Below the pieces are notes generated by a model that had not been told where the DNA came from, ran no database searches, and saw only the letters and a program-made list of their open reading frames with translations. Of a stretch of 64,000 bases of DNA, positions 17,394 through 26,755 are shown piece after piece. Source of the DNA: Gemmatimonadota bacterium (lineage in GTDB: Bacteria; Gemmatimonadota; Gemmatimonadetes; Gemmatimonadales; GWC2-71-9); NCBI GenBank assembly GCA_003222195.1, contig QHVB01000035.1, positions 19 through 64,018 on the forward strand. Reading direction: 5' to 3'. A program made the translations under genes and the position numbers. Within the stretch, counting starts at the first letter, position 1. Each line of letters starts with the position of its first letter.

Positions 17394-19647
17394 CGTTCTC
17401 TCGCATGGCTTTCGCCGCCGCGACCATGTTCTTGAGCGCCGCCAACGTTTCCTCCCACCCGCGCGTCTTCAGGCCGCAGTCGGGGTTGACCCAGATCTGC
17501 GCGTCCTCCAGCACGCGCTTCATGCTCTTCAAGGCGCCCGTGATCTCCGCCGTCGAGGGCACGCGCGGCGAGTGGATGTCGTAGACGCCGGGACCGATCT
17601 CGTTCGGGTACTTGTACTGCTCGAGTCCCTGCAGCAGCTCCGAGCCGGAGCGGGCGTTCTCGATCGAGATCACGTCCGCGTCCATGCGCTCGATGACGCG
17701 CAGGACGTCATTGAACTCGCTGTAGCACATATGCGTGTGAACCTGGGTGGCGTCGCGGACGCCCGCCGTAGCGAGCCGGAACGCGTCCACCGCCCAGCGC
17801 AGATAGTCGTTCCACTCGGCGCGCCGCAGCGGCAACCCCTCTCGCAGCGCCGGCTCGTCGATCTGAATGACGCGAATGCCCGCCGCCTCGAGATCGATCA
17901 CTTCGTCGCGGATCGCGAGCGCGATCTGCTTCGCCGTTTCGGCGCGCGGCTGGTCGTCGCGCACGAACGACCACTGCAGGATCGTCACCGGCCCGGTGAG
18001 CATTCCCTTGACCGGCCGCTCGGTCAATGACTGCGCGTACTTGCTCCAGCGCACCGTCATCGCGGTGGGGCGCGAGATGTCTCCGAAGATGATCGGCGGC
18101 TTCACATACCGCGTCCCGTAGGACTGCACCCAGCCGTGCTCGGTGAACGCGAATCCGACCAGCTGCTCTCCAAAGTACTCGACCATGTCGTTGCGCTCGA
18201 ACTCCCCGTGCACCAGCACGTCGAGCCCCAGCTCTTCCTGCAGCTTGATCGTCTTGGCGATCTGTGCTTCGATGAACTGGTCGTACTGCGCGGCCGTCAG
18301 CTGAGCGTCGTGCAGCTTGCGCCGCGCGGCGCGAACGTCGGCGGTCTGCGGGAACGAGCCGATCGTCGTGGTAGGGTAGGATGGGAGCTCCACCTGGAAC
18401 TGTCTGCGGTCCGCGAACCGCGTCCCGCGCGCCCGGTCCTGTTCCGTCACGGATGCGGCACGCCGCTGGACGGCGGCGTTATTGATCCGCTTCGACGTGC
18501 GCCGCGACTGCGCGGCACGGCTCGAAGCCTCGATGGCCGCGCGGTCCCCCTTCGCCAGCGACACGACCTCCTGCAGCTTCTGCTTCGCAAACGCCAGCCA
18601 GCCCTTGAGCTCCGCGTCGAGCTTGGTCTCGAGATCGAGGTCGCGTGGCGTGTGCAGCAGCGAGCAGGACGGCGCGACCCACAACCGGTCCTTGCCCACC
18701 TTCGCCGCCGCCTTCTCGAGCAGAACCCGCTGCTGCTGCAGATCGGCCCGCCACACGTTGCGGCCGTCGATGACGCCGGCCGACAGCACCCGACCCTTGG
18801 GCCATTTGGCCAGCAACGGATCGAGCTGCTGCGGGGCGCGCACCAAATCCACGTGCAAGCCTTGCACCGGCAACGCGAGCGCCGTCGACAGGTTGTCGTC
18901 GAGCCCGGCGAAATACGTCGCGACGAGGAGCTGAAGTTTGCCGGCGCGCCTGGCCAGCTGCGTGTAGGCGCGCACGTACGCGGCCCGCTCCGCTTCGGTG
19001 CGATCGAGCGCGAGGCATGGTTCGTCGATCTGCACCCAGGTCGCACCCGCCGCGGCGAGCGACTCCAACACGTCGCCGTAAACGGGGAGCAGCGCATCGA
19101 GCAACGACAGACGGTCGAACGCCGTGCCCCTGGTTTTGGCGAGCAGCAGGAACGTCAGCGGTCCGATCAAGACTGTCGTCGCGTCGATGCCGGCGGCCTT
19201 CGCTTCGCGGTACTCGTTCGCAGGCTTCGCGGAGGCCATGCGGAAACGCTGCCCACGCTCGAGCTCGGGCACGATGTAGTGGTAATTCGTGTCGAACCAC
19301 TTCGTCATTTCCATCGCGGTGACGTCGCGGCTCTTGCCCTGACTGCCACGCGCCATGGCGAAGTACGTATCGGCATCCATCCACTCGCCCTTGAACCCGT
19401 ACCGCGGCGGCACCGCGCCGACCAGGGCACAGGTGTCCAGCATGCGGTCGTAGAACGAGAAGTCGTTCGCGGGAATGCGGTCCAAACCGATGTCCCGCTG
19501 CAGCTGCCAATGCCGGCGCCGCAACTCCGTGCCGGTGGTGAGCAGCTGCGCGCGACTCACTTTGCCGCTCCAGTACCCTTCTGTGGCACGCTTCAATTCG
19601 CGCGCGGCTCCCAGGGGTGGGAAGCCCAAATTCGAGGCGATGGTCAT
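17383..19647 (-). CDS. metE: cobalamin-independent methionine synthase (5-methyltetrahydropteroyltriglutamate-homocysteine methyltransferase)
   Basis: 754 aa. [26 protein letters not shown].., ..[15 protein letters not shown].., ..HTHMCYSEF.., ..[10 protein letters not shown]... Confidence 0.95.
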   Translation of the reverse strand: MTIASNLGFPPLGAARELKRATEGYWSGKVSRAQLLTTGTELRRRHWQLQRDIGLDRIPANDFSFYDRMLDTCALVGAVPPRYGFKGEWMDADTYFAMARGSQGKSRDVTAMEMTKWFDTNYHYIVPELERGQRFRMASAKPANEYREAKAAGIDATTVLIGPLTFLLLAKTRGTAFDRLSLLDALLPVYGDVLESLAAAGATWVQIDEPCLALDRTEAERAAYVRAYTQLARRAGKLQLLVATYFAGLDDNLSTALALPVQGLHVDLVRAPQQLDPLLAKWPKGRVLSAGVIDGRNVWRADLQQQRVLLEKAAAKVGKDRLWVAPSCSLLHTPRDLDLETKLDAELKGWLAFAKQKLQEVVSLAKGDRAAIEASSRAAQSRRTSKRINNAAVQRRAASVTEQDRARGTRFADRRQFQVELPSYPTTTIGSFPQTADVRAARRKLHDAQLTAAQYDQFIEAQIAKTIKLQEELGLDVLVHGEFERNDMVEYFGEQLVGFAFTEHGWVQSYGTRYVKPPIIFGDISRPTAMTVRWSKYAQSLTERPVKGMLTGPVTILQWSFVRDDQPRAETAKQIALAIRDEVIDLEAAGIRVIQIDEPALREGLPLRRAEWNDYLRWAVDAFRLATAGVRDATQVHTHMCYSEFNDVLRVIERMDADVISIENARSGSELLQGLEQYKYPNEIGPGVYDIHSPRVPSTAEITGALKSMKRVLEDAQIWVNPDCGLKTRGWEETLAALKNMVAAAKAMRENGAR

Positions 19648-19720
19648 AATAGGAAGAGGAATCTTACAGGGTTGTGAGCCCTTCCGGTACTTGACCTACC
19701 GTGTTGCGAAGCCCTGCAGC

Positions 19721-20383
19721 CTACGGATGATGCGGCGGAGCGGGAGGGTGCGGTCGTTGCTGCCCGTGCCCTGGTGGCGGCCCGTGACGCGCCTGCGCCG
19801 CAGCGGCCCGCGAAAGGCCCGCGGCTGCCGCCGCAGGTGTCAGGCCTTTCGCCACTTCGGACTCCACGTCTGCGGGCAGGAGCAGGAGGTCGGCCGCGGA
19901 CTTACCGGAGCGCAGTGACACGCTCACGAGGGCGATGTTTTCGGCAGGGGGAACGCCAAGCGCCGCCAGCGTCCCGGCCACCCGGAGTCCCACCGTCAGG
20001 GCCTGCGGGCGCGCGCCGACGCGCGCCAGGGCCGTAATGTCGTTGGCGCTGAGTCCCGCCGTAATCGCGAACGCGCCGGCGGCGACGGCGAGCGTGTCGG
20101 AGGCGAGTCCACCCTCTCGAAGCGCAGCAGCGGCAGCGTCCAGCTGCGTCGCTACCATGCGCACCGCGGCCGCGACGCGATCGTCGGGAATGCCCTTGGC
20201 GCTGCCTTCGATGGCCTTTTGAATCAGGGGATCGACGGGCAGGCCGCGCGCCGATCCTGTCGTCCCGAGCTGCTCGACGAGCGCGGCAACGTTGGGTGAG
20301 ACACGCCCCGCGAGCCGCTGAGCGATGGCTCCCGGCTGTTGCATGCTCAGCAACGTGAGCGGGACCGCGAGCAGTGTGAGCAT
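19721..20383 (-). CDS. hypothetical Ala-rich exported protein, last gene of the sigma/anti-sigma operon
   Basis: 220 aa with an N-terminal hydrophobic segment, an Ala/Gly/Leu-rich body and a His/Pro-rich tail (GPPPGHGQQRPHPPAPPHHP). Start overlaps the anti-sigma stop by 1 nt. No recognised family. Confidence 0.5.
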   Translation of the reverse strand: MLTLLAVPLTLLSMQQPGAIAQRLAGRVSPNVAALVEQLGTTGSARGLPVDPLIQKAIEGSAKGIPDDRVAAAVRMVATQLDAAAAALREGGLASDTLAVAAGAFAITAGLSANDITALARVGARPQALTVGLRVAGTLAALGVPPAENIALVSVSLRSGKSAADLLLLPADVESEVAKGLTPAAAAAGLSRAAAAQARHGPPPGHGQQRPHPPAPPHHP

Positions 20384-20976
20384 CAGAGCGTCAAGACGCT
20401 ATTGCGGCGTCCAAAGCCATCGTCGACGGCGGGCGCGCCCGGATCGGGCACCCAGCGCTGGCCGTCCACGACGAACGCATACTGGTGCTGTCCGGCCGGA
20501 AGCGTCAGCGACACGGTCCACACCCCGTTCGCACCGGCACGCACCAGCGGTGTGGCCCGCGCGTCCCACTGATTGAAAGTCCCGGCCAGGCTAACCGCCT
20601 TCGCGTCCGGTGCAACCAATACAAACCGGACGGTAACCAGGGGGGGGGGCGCGGTTAGCCTGGCCGGCCAGATCCATACGATCAGCGCGGCTGCAATAGC
20701 GAGTGCGGGAGCGAGCAGCCACGGCCGGATTCTCAGCCGGATCTCGCGCGGCTCTAGCGCACGTTTCCAACGAGGACGGCGGGGCGCGGGCCGCGACTCG
20801 AGCGCCCGCATCACGCGTTGCACGACGCCGGGCACTTCGACCGGTCGACGATCGACCGCGGCCAAGAGCCTCAGCGCTTCCTCACCCTGGGCGCGCAGCT
20901 CGGCCGGCAGATCAGCGATTGTGAGATCGCCGTCCAGCAGCTGCATCACCAGGGGATGGAAGTCATGGTCGCTCAT
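20383..20976 (-). CDS. single-pass anti-sigma factor with extracytoplasmic CBM48/AMPK1_CBM-like (E-set) domain
   Basis: N-terminal zf-HC2-like region without obvious Cys (MSDHDFHPLVMQLLDGDL..), TM helix WLLAPALAIAAALIVWIW, then VRFVLVAPDAKAVSLAGTFNQWD..GVWTVSLTLPAGQHQYAFVVDGQRWVPDP. 4-nt overlap with the ECF sigma gene. Confidence 0.75.
   Translation of the reverse strand: MSDHDFHPLVMQLLDGDLTIADLPAELRAQGEEALRLLAAVDRRPVEVPGVVQRVMRALESRPAPRRPRWKRALEPREIRLRIRPWLLAPALAIAAALIVWIWPARLTAPPPLVTVRFVLVAPDAKAVSLAGTFNQWDARATPLVRAGANGVWTVSLTLPAGQHQYAFVVDGQRWVPDPGAPAVDDGFGRRNSVLTL
20582..20667. repeat. 17-bp perfect inverted repeat with nested 8-bp hairpin and a G10/C10 homopolymer, inside the anti-sigma coding region
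   Basis: CCGGCCAGGCTAACCGC (20582-20598) pairs with GCGGTTAGCCTGGCCGG (20651-20667). Inner stem CGTCCGGT/ACCGGACG. G10 run at 20640-20649, which encodes PPP-L on the minus strand. Confidence 0.7.
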
Positions 20977-21518
20977 GCGTGCTCCCGCAGTTCTTGGCGC
21001 AGTCGATCGTAGGCGCGATGCATTCGCATCTTCAGTGACGCTACCGAGGTGCTCAAGCGCTCGGCAATCTGTCCGTATGACAACCCTTCGACATGCTTCA
21101 GAACGAACACTTCACGCTGATCCGGCGTCAACTCGAGCAACGCGAGCTGCAGCGCGCGGCGGCGTTCGGCCGTTTCTGCTCCCCCGTCGGTCCGATCCGC
21201 CGCCGCGACGCTGTCAGCTGCTTCCAAGGGCGCCGTGGCCCGACTGCGCCGCCGTTCCGCAAAGCAGCGATTCCGCAGGATCAGAAAAAACCAGCCCAGG
21301 AAATTGTCGGGCTCCTTGCACTGTGCGAGCTGATCAAAGGCACGCACGAACGCGTCCTGCACCGCATCCTCGGCTGCGTCGGCCGAGCCCAGCATCCGCG
21401 CCGCGTAACGCGCGTACCGGTCGCGATAGCGCTCGACCAGCTGCGCGTATCGCTCGCGCTCACCTGCGAGCACGGCCCTCACAATGTCACCGTCTGTCAG
21501 CTCGGCTCCAAGGCGCAA
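20973..21518 (-). CDS. ECF (sigma-24 family) RNA polymerase sigma factor
   Basis: 181 aa. Region 2 ..YRDRYARYAARMLGSADAAEDAVQDAFVRAF..FLGWFFLILRNRC.. and region 4 ..LTPDQREVFVLKHVEGLSYGQIAERLSTSVASLKMRMHRA... Confidence 0.9.
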   Translation of the reverse strand: MRLGAELTDGDIVRAVLAGERERYAQLVERYRDRYARYAARMLGSADAAEDAVQDAFVRAFDQLAQCKEPDNFLGWFFLILRNRCFAERRRSRATAPLEAADSVAAADRTDGGAETAERRRALQLALLELTPDQREVFVLKHVEGLSYGQIAERLSTSVASLKMRMHRAYDRLRQELREHA

Positions 21519-21626
21519 CCGATTCCTCCGCTAAAGAGTGGCTACCCAAGGGATTGGTAACGGTTTAGGATGCGCTGTAGTGTGACCTGCGTTACCTCGC
21601 TGCCCTCCGGGGAATCTTTAGCAAGC

Positions 21627-21953
21627 ATGGTACCTACACAACGTCCCCTCGTAGCAGACGCTGACCTGCTCCAGCGGGTCGTGCAGCGGGATGCGACAGC
21701 GCTGATCGAGCTGGAGCGCCGCCACCGCCCCTCGTTGTACGCCCAGGCGTACGGCATGCTGATGGATTCCACGTTGGCCGAGGGGGTCGTTCGCGAGGTG
21801 TTCGCCCAACTGTGGTTTGTGGCCGACCGGCTCGTCGTCCGGCGCAGCCTGTGGAGCTGGTTACGCATGCTGGCGAAGGATCTCGCCCGGGGCCGAGCTG
21901 GCGCCCCGCGCTGCGAGATACGCACGACGTTCGACACAGCGGAGGACAAATGA
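21627..21953 (+). CDS. sigma-70 region-2-only protein (truncated ECF-sigma-like, no region 4)
   Basis: From M20 of track ORF 21570..21953: LLQRVVQRDATALIELERRHRPSLYAQAYGMLMDSTLAEGVVREVFAQLW..SLWSWLRMLAKDLA resembles regions 2.1-2.4. The protein ends about 30 aa later. Confidence 0.5.
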   Translation: MVPTQRPLVADADLLQRVVQRDATALIELERRHRPSLYAQAYGMLMDSTLAEGVVREVFAQLWFVADRLVVRRSLWSWLRMLAKDLARGRAGAPRCEIRTTFDTAEDK

Positions 21954-22300
21954 AGCGCATAGTATGGCTCATCCCGGCACTGCTCATCCCCGCGCTCGCC
22001 GCGGCACAAACGCCGGGAACGATTCCGAACTCCCACGCATCCGATATCGCCAAGGCGAAGGTGGCGGCACGAGCGCATCGCACGAAGCATGTCCGTGGTG
22101 AAGCGCTCGGTCTCGACCACCGGCCGGTGACGCCGGCACAACACGCCGACCCGGCAACGCATGCGACGCCGCATCCCGGCGAAGGGCCAGCGACTCCGGC
22201 CACGCCGGCGACTCCGGCCGTGCCCGCGTCACCCTCGCACCGCCCCGCGCACGCTGGTCTCGGGGGTCAAGGCCGGACCAACAACCCGCGGCGTCCCTAA
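21950..22300 (+). CDS. small secreted His/Pro/Thr-rich protein
   Basis: ATGA overlap with the previous stop. MKRIVWLIPALLIPALAAAQ signal, then low-complexity ..HADPATHATPHPGEGPATPATPATPAVPASPSHRPAH... Confidence 0.45.
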   Translation: MKRIVWLIPALLIPALAAAQTPGTIPNSHASDIAKAKVAARAHRTKHVRGEALGLDHRPVTPAQHADPATHATPHPGEGPATPATPATPAVPASPSHRPAHAGLGGQGRTNNPRRP

Positions 22301-22343
22301 CTAGAACTAGACAACACCTGTCGCGCTGTATCTTACCGGTCCC

Positions 22344-23429
22344 ATGCACGTGGGACCGGTTTCATCTTCAGCGCTGCTCTTCGGCCTAGCGCCGCTCGCT
22401 CTTGCGGCACAGCGTCAGGCGTCCGTCGGCGTCGGCACTGGCGTGGTGCGCTACGCCGGTGGTTCGAGCTTTAGCGCCCTCACCGTGTCGCCGGCCGCGC
22501 AGAGTCTGTCGATTTCCCGCTATCTCGCCGTCACCGGGTCGGTGTCGTTGCTCGAAGCCGGTGTCTGGGCGAGCCAGGGTCGCGCCGATATCTGGTCCGC
22601 TCTCACCCAACTGGGGAACACGCGAGTCGCGGTCAGTGGAACGATCGGATTCAGCACGCGCTCCGACGGGGTCGCGGCCGGCTCCGGCAGCGCCCTGGCC
22701 GAGGCGGTGCGGGGTGATGTTGCCATCGGCGCTGGCGTCGTCAGCGGCGTCATCCAACAGGAGTCCGGGGTCGCGGCGTTCCGGCTCCGAGGCCGGACAT
22801 GGCGGCAACTCGGCGCACCCACGCAGCTCTCGTTCACTACCGAAGCCACGCGGTTTCTTGGTGCTTGGTATACAGACGTCGTAGGCGGCCTATCGTTTGA
22901 CGGCTCCAGGATCGTTGGCTCCATCTGGTTGAGCGGCCGGCTCAGCAAGACCTATGGATCGACCGGAGCTGCCAGCGCCACGCTGCAGTACTTCCTGACT
23001 CCTTCCCTCGCCGTGGAAGCATCGGGCGGGAATTACCTGCGCGATCCATTCCAGGGACTGCCCCGGGCAGGCTTCATCACAGGGGGAGTGCGATTCTTCG
23101 CGAAACGCCGCGCGATGGCGCCGAGTGTGCCCGCGGCGACGCAGGTGTTGCAGCCGTTGGTTGCTCAGCACCGCGGTGGCGACACCGTGGTCGTCCGCTT
23201 CAACATGACGGGTGTGCAAAGCGTCGCGATCGCGGGCAACTGGAACGCGTGGAAGCCGGAGGCGTTGCGCGGCTTGGGGAACGATCTCTGGGAGGCCGCG
23301 CTGCGGCTGCCGGCCGGCACCTACTACTTCAACCTGGTAGTGAATGGAAAGGAATGGGTTGTCCCCGGTGGCGTCGCGACGATTTCCGACGGCATGGGTG
23401 GGCTGGTCGCGGTCCTGAACGTGCTGTGA
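22344..23429 (+). CDS. exported protein: N-terminal Gly/Ser/Ala-rich beta-rich region plus C-terminal CBM48/AMPK1_CBM-like domain
   Basis: 361 aa with signal ..LLFGLAPLALAAQ. C-terminal VVVRFNMTGVQSVAIAGNWNAWKPE..LWEAALRLPAGTYYFNLVVNGKEWVVP mirrors the anti-sigma sensor domain. Confidence 0.65.
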   Translation: MHVGPVSSSALLFGLAPLALAAQRQASVGVGTGVVRYAGGSSFSALTVSPAAQSLSISRYLAVTGSVSLLEAGVWASQGRADIWSALTQLGNTRVAVSGTIGFSTRSDGVAAGSGSALAEAVRGDVAIGAGVVSGVIQQESGVAAFRLRGRTWRQLGAPTQLSFTTEATRFLGAWYTDVVGGLSFDGSRIVGSIWLSGRLSKTYGSTGAASATLQYFLTPSLAVEASGGNYLRDPFQGLPRAGFITGGVRFFAKRRAMAPSVPAATQVLQPLVAQHRGGDTVVVRFNMTGVQSVAIAGNWNAWKPEALRGLGNDLWEAALRLPAGTYYFNLVVNGKEWVVPGGVATISDGMGGLVAVLNVL

Positions 23430-23513
23430 CTTGACGATTCCGGTTCTCATCCGTACCGTGGCGACGGCTGGCTCCCAATTCGGTGCTGTCCTCTCCTTTG
23501 AGGGGGTGTCACG

Positions 23514-23990
23514 ATGGGGAAGATCAACATGATGAAGGTGCTTGCCGGAGGACTGATCGCGGGTGTCGTGCTGAACGCGATCGATTACGTGGTGTTCAAC
23601 ATGGCGCTGAAGGACCAAATGGCGGCCGCCATGACCGCACTCGGGAAGTCGGCAGCGCCGACGACCTCCCAGATCCTTTGGTACGTGTTCCTAGATTTCG
23701 TGGCTGGCGTGTTCCTCGTGTGGCTCTACGCCGCCGTGCGCCCCCGCTTTGGCGCCGGACCCGCTACCGCGGCGAAGGCCGGCCTGGCGGCGTGGTTCGT
23801 CGGTAACCTGCTCGTCACCGCCTTCATGTGGCCGATGCAGATCTGGCCGCACAACTTCATGATGATTACGACGGTGATCGGGCTGGTGGAATGGCCCCTC
23901 GCCGCCGTAATCGGCGCCAAGTTCTACACGGAAGGCGCGGGAATGGGAGCGGGTATGGGGGCAGGCGCTGGCATGGGTGCGAGGATGTGA
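23514..23990 (+). CDS. small 4-TM membrane protein with Gly/Met-repeat C-terminal tail
   Basis: 158 aa. Hydrophobic helices, then a tail EGAGMGAGMGAGAGMGARM. Confidence 0.6.
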   Translation: MGKINMMKVLAGGLIAGVVLNAIDYVVFNMALKDQMAAAMTALGKSAAPTTSQILWYVFLDFVAGVFLVWLYAAVRPRFGAGPATAAKAGLAAWFVGNLLVTAFMWPMQIWPHNFMMITTVIGLVEWPLAAVIGAKFYTEGAGMGAGMGAGAGMGARM

Positions 23991-24020
23991 TCTTGTAACT
24001 GCGCGAATAGGCGCATGAAA

Positions 24021-24059
24021 GGCGCGGCGGGTGGCACATCACCCGCCGCGCCTTTTTTT
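24021..24059. terminator. bidirectional rho-independent terminator between convergent genes
   Basis: GGCGCGGCGGGTG-gcacat-CACCCGCCGCGCC (13-bp perfect stem) followed by T7 on the + strand and preceded by AAA, so a short U-tract on the - strand. Confidence 0.75.
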
Positions 24060-24082
24060 GCGCCGTTCTGCGCCGTTGAGAG

Positions 24083-26743
24083 TTAGTAATCGAACCGCAT
24101 CGCCACACCGACCGTCCGCGGCTGGTTGGTCAAATACCCGACCCGCGCTCTCGTGCCGCGCTCGCGGTCCAAGGCCAGGAACGCGATCTCGTCGAGCGCG
24201 TTATTCAGGTACACGGACAACTCCCAGGTCTGACGCGTCAGGCCGACGCGAAGGTTGACGAGGTTATACGCCGGCAGCAATGGATCGAATCGGAAGATCC
24301 CCTGCGTCAGCGGACCGCCGATGGTGTGTGATCCGAAGGTGTTGAGATCCACGCAACCGAACTTCTGACCGGCGCACGCGGGACCGACTCCGTTGCCCTG
24401 ATCGTCGATCAAGGTGTAGCGCGACCCGACGTAGTGGTAGGTGCCGGACACAAACGCCCGCGACCCCGTCCCCATATTCCACCCATAGGTGAGGGCGGCG
24501 CTTCCCTGGAACCGCGGCACGCTCGGGAGGCGATTCCCCTCCGCAATTCCTGCCACGACATTCCCACCCTGATCTTTAAAGGTGGTGAGCAGCTTGGAGT
24601 TGTTCAGACCGGCGGAAACTGAAAGGTCCACGTGGTCATTCGGACTCGCCGTAAGCTCGAACTCGGCCCCTACCGACCGAGCCTTGTCCGCGTTCAAAAT
24701 GAGCCGGGAAGAGCACGAGCCAGCCGTCACGGTGAGCTGCAAGTCCCGGATATCCATGTAGAACGCGGAGACGTTGAGCGAGCCGCGACCGCCCGAAAAC
24801 TGAGACTTGGCTCCAACCTCGTAGTTCCAAGCCGTTTCATCTTTCCAGGAACCCGCCAATGGGCCGAATGTCGACAAGTCTGCGGCCGAACATAGCGGGG
24901 CGTTGAGAGGATCGTTGATCCCACCCAGCCGGAACCCTCGCGACGCTTGCGCATTGAGCGTGAGCGCGTTCGAGGCCTTGTAGCTCACGATGAAGCGCGG
25001 CGCCACACCGCTCGCGTCGGTCGTGCCAGTTGTGTCTGTCGGCACCGCGAATGCACCGTCAAAGATCAGCGACCGATTCTCGTTGAAATTGTAGTAGCGC
25101 AACCCCGCCGTGAGATCCACCCGGTCAGTAGCGGACAGCGTCGCTTCGCCGAAGGCGGCGTATTGCTTGAGGTCGTAGTGCAGTTTGGAAAAGAACAGTA
25201 CGTCGATTCCGGCTCCCAGATTTCCGCGGCTCCATCCCCTTGGTGCAAAGCCTTCTGCCGCGGCGAGCGAGTCCACGCCCACCGGTCTGACGTTTTGCCC
25301 ATAATCGCGCTTGCTCTTGGCGTAGAAGCCGCCCACCAGCCAGCGAAGCTTTCTTGAAGCGCCTGTCAAACGCAGCTCCTGCGTCCACACTTTGCTCCTC
25401 GTGGTATCATTGAGCGGGGAGTCGAGTGTGTACACGCGATCTGACAAGCCGAGTGTGCCGCCCATGACACTGGCGGTGAGCGCGGTGGCGTCACGGACGA
25501 CCAAGATGTTGCGGTGGGTGTAGGACGTGATCGAGGTGAGAGTCGCCCCACCAAATTTGTATTGCCAATTCACGTCACCCAGCAGGAAGTCGTCAGTATA
25601 CGGCTCGTTGATTTGCGTGAAGAGCTGGCGATTCCCCAGGGTGACGGGGCGACGGCTGGTCGTGTAGGGGTTGGCCAAGATGTTGAATGCGTCGATTCGG
25701 TTCCAGCCGTCCGCCCTCACGCGCTGCACGAAGATCCGCGGCGTGATGCTGAAGCGTTCATTCGGCTGCAGGCGGACCGCAGCGCGGAGCCCGGCTTTGT
25801 CGCTTCCGTTGACGTCCCTATTGACGGTGAAGTCGGGTTGCACGGCGTCCATCCAACCACCCGTGCGGTTACTGTAGCCCACGATTCGGGCGGCGGCATG
25901 TTGGCCCAGCGGCGCGTTCACACCAATCTTGGCAGTGCTGCCCGGACCGCCCCCATCCACCCAGTGTCCACCAACCTCGCCAAACGTGCTGCTCACGCCG
26001 AGCTCGGGCTGATTGCTGATATAGCGCACCGTGCCGGCCAGCGAGCCGGCGCCGAACAGCGTGCCCTGCGGCCCGCGCAGCACCTCCACGCGGCTCACGT
26101 CGAACAGGTCGACGTCCGGCGTGAACAGCGACAGCGAGACGGGTGATTCGTCGAAATAGGCGCCGACCTGTTCCTTCACGCCGGGCTGATCGCGAGCAAT
26201 CTGACCTGACGAGGCGCCGCGCATCGCGACCTGGCTCTGTCCGGGGCCGAGGTTCTGCACGCTGAATCCTGCGACGTTTGCCGCCACCGCCTCAATGTTG
26301 TCCGCCCCGCGGACCCGCAGCGCCTGCTCTGTTGGTGCCGCAATGGAGAATGGCACGTCGGCGAGCCGCTGCTCGCGAAGCATGGCGGTCACCGTCACCG
26401 CTTCCAGCTGGAGCGCCTGCATGACGAAGTCGACCACCGTCTCGGCGTCCGCGGAGACTCGTACATTTGCCTGGGATTGCGTACGCAGACCGGGCAGCGA
26501 CGCCGAGACCACGTAGGTTCCGGGTGTGAGATTCGAGACCGTATAGCTTCCGTCCGAGGCCGTCGTTGCCCGGTGTGGGGCGGCCGTCCCCTGGGCCCTG
26601 ATCGTGACTCCCGCCAAGGCGTCGCCACTCGCGTCGCGCACCGTCCCCCGGATCCGGCCGTTCTGGGCGTGCGCCACTGCCGGGACTGCGAAGAACAGTG
26701 CCGCGGCGACGGCGAGGCTCAAGAACCTTCCAACGGTAAGCAT
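24083..26743 (-). CDS. TonB-dependent receptor with N-terminal CarboxypepD_reg domain
   Basis: 886 aa. Signal ..AVPAVAHAQ, GRIRGTVRDASGDALAGVTIRA, plug (..VEVLRGPQGTLFGAGSLAGTVRY..), long beta-barrel ending ..RTVGVAMRFDY. Confidence 0.9.
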   Translation of the reverse strand: MLTVGRFLSLAVAAALFFAVPAVAHAQNGRIRGTVRDASGDALAGVTIRAQGTAAPHRATTASDGSYTVSNLTPGTYVVSASLPGLRTQSQANVRVSADAETVVDFVMQALQLEAVTVTAMLREQRLADVPFSIAAPTEQALRVRGADNIEAVAANVAGFSVQNLGPGQSQVAMRGASSGQIARDQPGVKEQVGAYFDESPVSLSLFTPDVDLFDVSRVEVLRGPQGTLFGAGSLAGTVRYISNQPELGVSSTFGEVGGHWVDGGGPGSTAKIGVNAPLGQHAAARIVGYSNRTGGWMDAVQPDFTVNRDVNGSDKAGLRAAVRLQPNERFSITPRIFVQRVRADGWNRIDAFNILANPYTTSRRPVTLGNRQLFTQINEPYTDDFLLGDVNWQYKFGGATLTSITSYTHRNILVVRDATALTASVMGGTLGLSDRVYTLDSPLNDTTRSKVWTQELRLTGASRKLRWLVGGFYAKSKRDYGQNVRPVGVDSLAAAEGFAPRGWSRGNLGAGIDVLFFSKLHYDLKQYAAFGEATLSATDRVDLTAGLRYYNFNENRSLIFDGAFAVPTDTTGTTDASGVAPRFIVSYKASNALTLNAQASRGFRLGGINDPLNAPLCSAADLSTFGPLAGSWKDETAWNYEVGAKSQFSGGRGSLNVSAFYMDIRDLQLTVTAGSCSSRLILNADKARSVGAEFELTASPNDHVDLSVSAGLNNSKLLTTFKDQGGNVVAGIAEGNRLPSVPRFQGSAALTYGWNMGTGSRAFVSGTYHYVGSRYTLIDDQGNGVGPACAGQKFGCVDLNTFGSHTIGGPLTQGIFRFDPLLPAYNLVNLRVGLTRQTWELSVYLNNALDEIAFLALDRERGTRARVGYLTNQPRTVGVAMRFDY

Positions 26744-26755
26744 AGAGAACTCCTC

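Noticed and set aside
18136-19677. 513-aa + ORF and several 200-340-aa minus-frame ORFs inside metE
   Set aside because: The metE frame (17383..19647, minus) carries unambiguous MetE motifs. The other ORFs are alternative-frame artefacts.
19648-19720. Possible cobalamin or SAM riboswitch upstream of metE
   Set aside because: Only about 73 nt separate metE from the upstream gene stop, which is too short for a cobalamin riboswitch. I could not recognise the B12-box or SAM-I/II core by eye. Rfam would be needed to exclude small classes.
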